A stretch of 63,376 nucleotides of DNA, the filler included, from Octopus bimaculoides (lineage: Eukaryota), in the NCBI RefSeq assembly GCF_001194135.2. It is 4 parts of 4 records of this genome, joined end to end, with 100 filler letters (N's around TTAATTAATTAA, not from the genome) between each part and the next. Parts side by side here need not be neighbours in the genome. Positions count along the whole stretch, not along the records: positions 49,505 to 61,273 come from NC_069006.1; positions 61,374 to 63,376 come from NW_026354382.1; 2 more parts are not named here. One strand, 5' to 3'. The translations under genes were made by a program, and so were the position numbers. The first letter of the stretch is position 1. Every line of letters begins with the position of its first letter. The notes beneath the pieces are model-generated. The model had not been told where the DNA came from. It worked only from the letters and a program-made list of their open reading frames with translations, and searched no databases. Below are positions 60,454 through 63,376 of this stretch, piece by piece.

Positions 60454-61272
60454 TTAGTCTGTGGTTCGAAGTATCACCTTTTTCGTCAATTTGTGAGAAC
60501 CACTTGGAATTTGAGCGAATTCCTCATAATTCTGATATATTTCCTTAGAATTCTCTTCGTTTTTCTTGGAAACTTGTGATATTATTTGATCAGATAATGC
60601 AAAGATGTCACACCTTTCTTTGTTCCTTTCGTAGACGCTGATTAAACTTTCGATGAAGTAACTTCCTTTGTCACGAGTTCGGTAAGATAATCTTCCAGGA
60701 ACAGTGGAAAAAAATACATATAGGTCTGGAGCATCAAAATATCCATCCTTACCTTCCTTATCAGAATTAGCTTCACAAGCGTTGACATAAATGAGTTTTG
60801 GTTTGTTTTTCAGCTGAGAACTATCTTGTAGAATTGTATTAATAGTGGAATAAGGTAATTTCTCACCATCAGTTCCAACAATATTCCCTAAAACCCCATG
60901 TGACATCAAGAACATGACGAAACAATCTTCACGGGCTGTACTTTCTGCAGCTTCTTTTAGAATTACGTCTTCCATTTCCTCGGCCGTTTTATTAGAATAA
61001 AGTTGAACATCGAAATTAAAAGCAGTGAAAAGTTTCGTAATACCCTCCACATCCTTTTCGCTTCCGAGCCTCTCCGGATACTTCGCATCGTCAAATTTCA
61101 CATTATTTATTAATATAACACGACCATGTGGTTTGAACTTCATCGGGTAGACTGTCTGTTCGTCTAAAAGATCAAATATCTTAATATGTTTCGACTTTTC
61201 CAAGGCTGTCATCAATTTATCTGAAACCTTCGGAAGTTTCTTAAATATATAATCATGTAACTTTCGTATTTG
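60454..61272 (-). CDS. Intronless CARD-caspase paralogue, 5' end lost in a gap; His/Cys dyad intact in an atypical NACEA motif
   Basis: The frame extends upstream of the TTG-started ORF (QIRKLHDYIFKKLPKVSDKLMTAL, CARD helices). YPMKFKPHGRVILINN, ERLGSEKD, FLMSHG (His codon 60898-60900), KPKLIYVNACEA (Cys codon 60775-60777), SYRTRDKGSYFI, KKVILRTTD*. Confidence 0.92.
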   Translation of the reverse strand, partial: QIRKLHDYIFKKLPKVSDKLMTALEKSKHIKIFDLLDEQTVYPMKFKPHGRVILINNVKFDDAKYPERLGSEKDVEGITKLFTAFNFDVQLYSNKTAEEMEDVILKEAAESTAREDCFVMFLMSHGVLGNIVGTDGEKLPYSTINTILQDSSQLKNKPKLIYVNACEANSDKEGKDGYFDAPDLYVFFSTVPGRLSYRTRDKGSYFIESLISVYERNKERCDIFALSDQIISQVSKKNEENSKEIYQNYEEFAQIPSGSHKLTKKVILRTTD

Positions 61273-61373
61273 GNNNNNNNNNNNNNNNNNNNNNNNNNNN
61301 NNNNNNNNNNNNNNNNNTTAATTAATTAANNNNNNNNNNNNNNNNNNNNNNNNNNNNNNNNNNNNNNNNNNNN

Positions 61374-61405
<32 letters not shown>

Positions 61406-61631
61406 ATATATATATATATACATGATACTTGAATATGTAATGAAATACGTTACTATGCAGCATAATATAGATATATATATATGTGTGTATGTATAAATCT
61501 GTGTGGGTATAGATGTGAGCGTGTATGTAAATATAATGACGATGTATAGATGGAGAGCTAACTATGCGCCAGTGCACAGTGATTAAATTCTGTGATACGT
61601 TACTGTATACTCAGCTATACATACATATATG

Positions 61632-61701
<70 letters not shown>

Positions 61702-62104
61702 GAAGAGAAAGGGGGAGAAATAGGGAAAGGGGTAGAGAGACGAGAAAGCGTGCATGTGTAATGTAGTGGTTGTATATAATATGATTTTGTCTTTGTAGAT
61801 ATGATTTTTAAATATCAAGATGTTATCGTACCTATATTTCACGACGACAGAGAATATTCATTAACGCATATATTTATGTAGGAGAGATTGAGAAATGAAT
61901 ATATAATGAACGTGTATATGTGTGTGTGAGAGAGAAAGAGGATGGGAGAAAGGGGGGAGAGTGAAGGAGAGATGGGGGGGAAGGGGGGGAATAAAGAGGT
62001 CAGAGAGATATTTCTGATATCACACGAGCATTGCAACAATGATATCGATAGATTCATGCAGCAGGAGCATTGCATCTTAATAGTATATAAAAGAATAGTT
62101 TGAT

Positions 62105-62145
<41 letters not shown>

Positions 62146-63376
62146 TGCATAGATAGATAGATAGAGAACGACAGACAGACAGACAGATGCATAGATAGAT
62201 AGATAGATAAATATATAGATTTATAGATAGATATTTATATATATAATGCATATATACATATACGTCATAAATATGTAAATATATTTATGTACATATATAT
62301 AAGCATATTTGTGTATATATAAACACATATATATATACACACACATACATACACACATATATATATATATATATGCATACATCCATCTACGTCAGTACAT
62401 GTAGACATAGCTAACATACATCTGCATCATTTCTATGAATATAGATATATGTATATAAACACACACACAGATACACAGATACACGCACAGATTTATATAT
62501 ATACAATGCATCTCTGTATATATGTATATACGCATGTATGAATGTGTGTGAGTGCACATATACNNNNNNNNNNNNNNNNNNNNNNNNNNNNNNNNNNNNN
62601 NNNNNNNNNNNNNNNNNNNNNNNNNNNNNNNNNNNNNNNNNNNNNNNNNNNNNNNNNNNNNNNNNNNNNNNNNNNNNNNNNNNNNNNNNNNNNNNNNNNN
62701 NNNNNNNNNNNNNNNNNNNNNNNNNNNNNNNNNNNNNNNNNNNNNNNNNNNNNNNNNNNNACATATTATATATATCATAAGAGACATATTATATATATAC
62801 ATGAATATATATATATATTTGATACATATATATATATAATATATATAACATATCAACATACATACATGCATTTTCCCATATGCATGTATGTATATTAATA
62901 TATTTTGTTTCATCTACATATTTATAAAGCATTATTGAATATTCTGAGTGCGTACAGTGATGCAATCAGCAATATCTAGATAAGAGGGCATGAATTATAA
63001 TGCTGTGCGAGGGAGATAGATGCTTAGCTAGCGATGCAGAGATAGAGGGTTCATAAACAAAGATGGCGGACTGAGATTTGCAAACATCATACATGCAGCA
63101 TTACTAACATGAAACCTTTAGACATATATATATATATATATTTGTGTAAGTATACACGGAAATATTCATGGTGTAATTGCAATTCGTTCCAAAGTGTATA
63201 AATATATACACCTGTATAGATATGTATATATATATATATATATATATGTTGATACGCGATATGATATACTAAAATGAAGCGCATGAAACTTGTGTAATTA
63301 TATGTGCATACATATTTATATCAACATTTTGCGTATGTTGTATATAAATATATATACATATACATGTATGTGTGTG

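Overview
AT-rich, gap-ridden animal genomic scaffold. Its SINE, RTE and MITE complement looks like an octopus (coleoid cephalopod); that assignment is inferred from repeat families, not from a search. Most of the window is microsatellite, tRNA-derived SINEs, decayed RTE-clade LINEs and DNA-transposon relics, and almost all ORFs in the track are artefacts of microsatellites or N runs. The real coding content is one large terminal exon of an unrecognised + strand gene (47762-48977) and a cluster of intronless CARD-caspase genes. One of these (54799-56111, minus) has Tyr (TAT) at the catalytic Cys position, a duplicated linker and a gap-interrupted SKDQ pentapeptide array. A paralogue (60454 to >61272, minus) keeps His/Cys but in an atypical NACEA motif. 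A third copy (51579-51969, plus) is an inverted, frameshifted 3' fragment. The two best leads are (1) an active/decoy caspase pair in which one A-to-I edit (UAU to UGU) would restore the catalytic Cys, and (2) a tRNA-headed SINE-like element carrying a minimal type I hammerhead ribozyme motif in a head-to-head fold-back typical of Penelope-like insertions (49636-50038).
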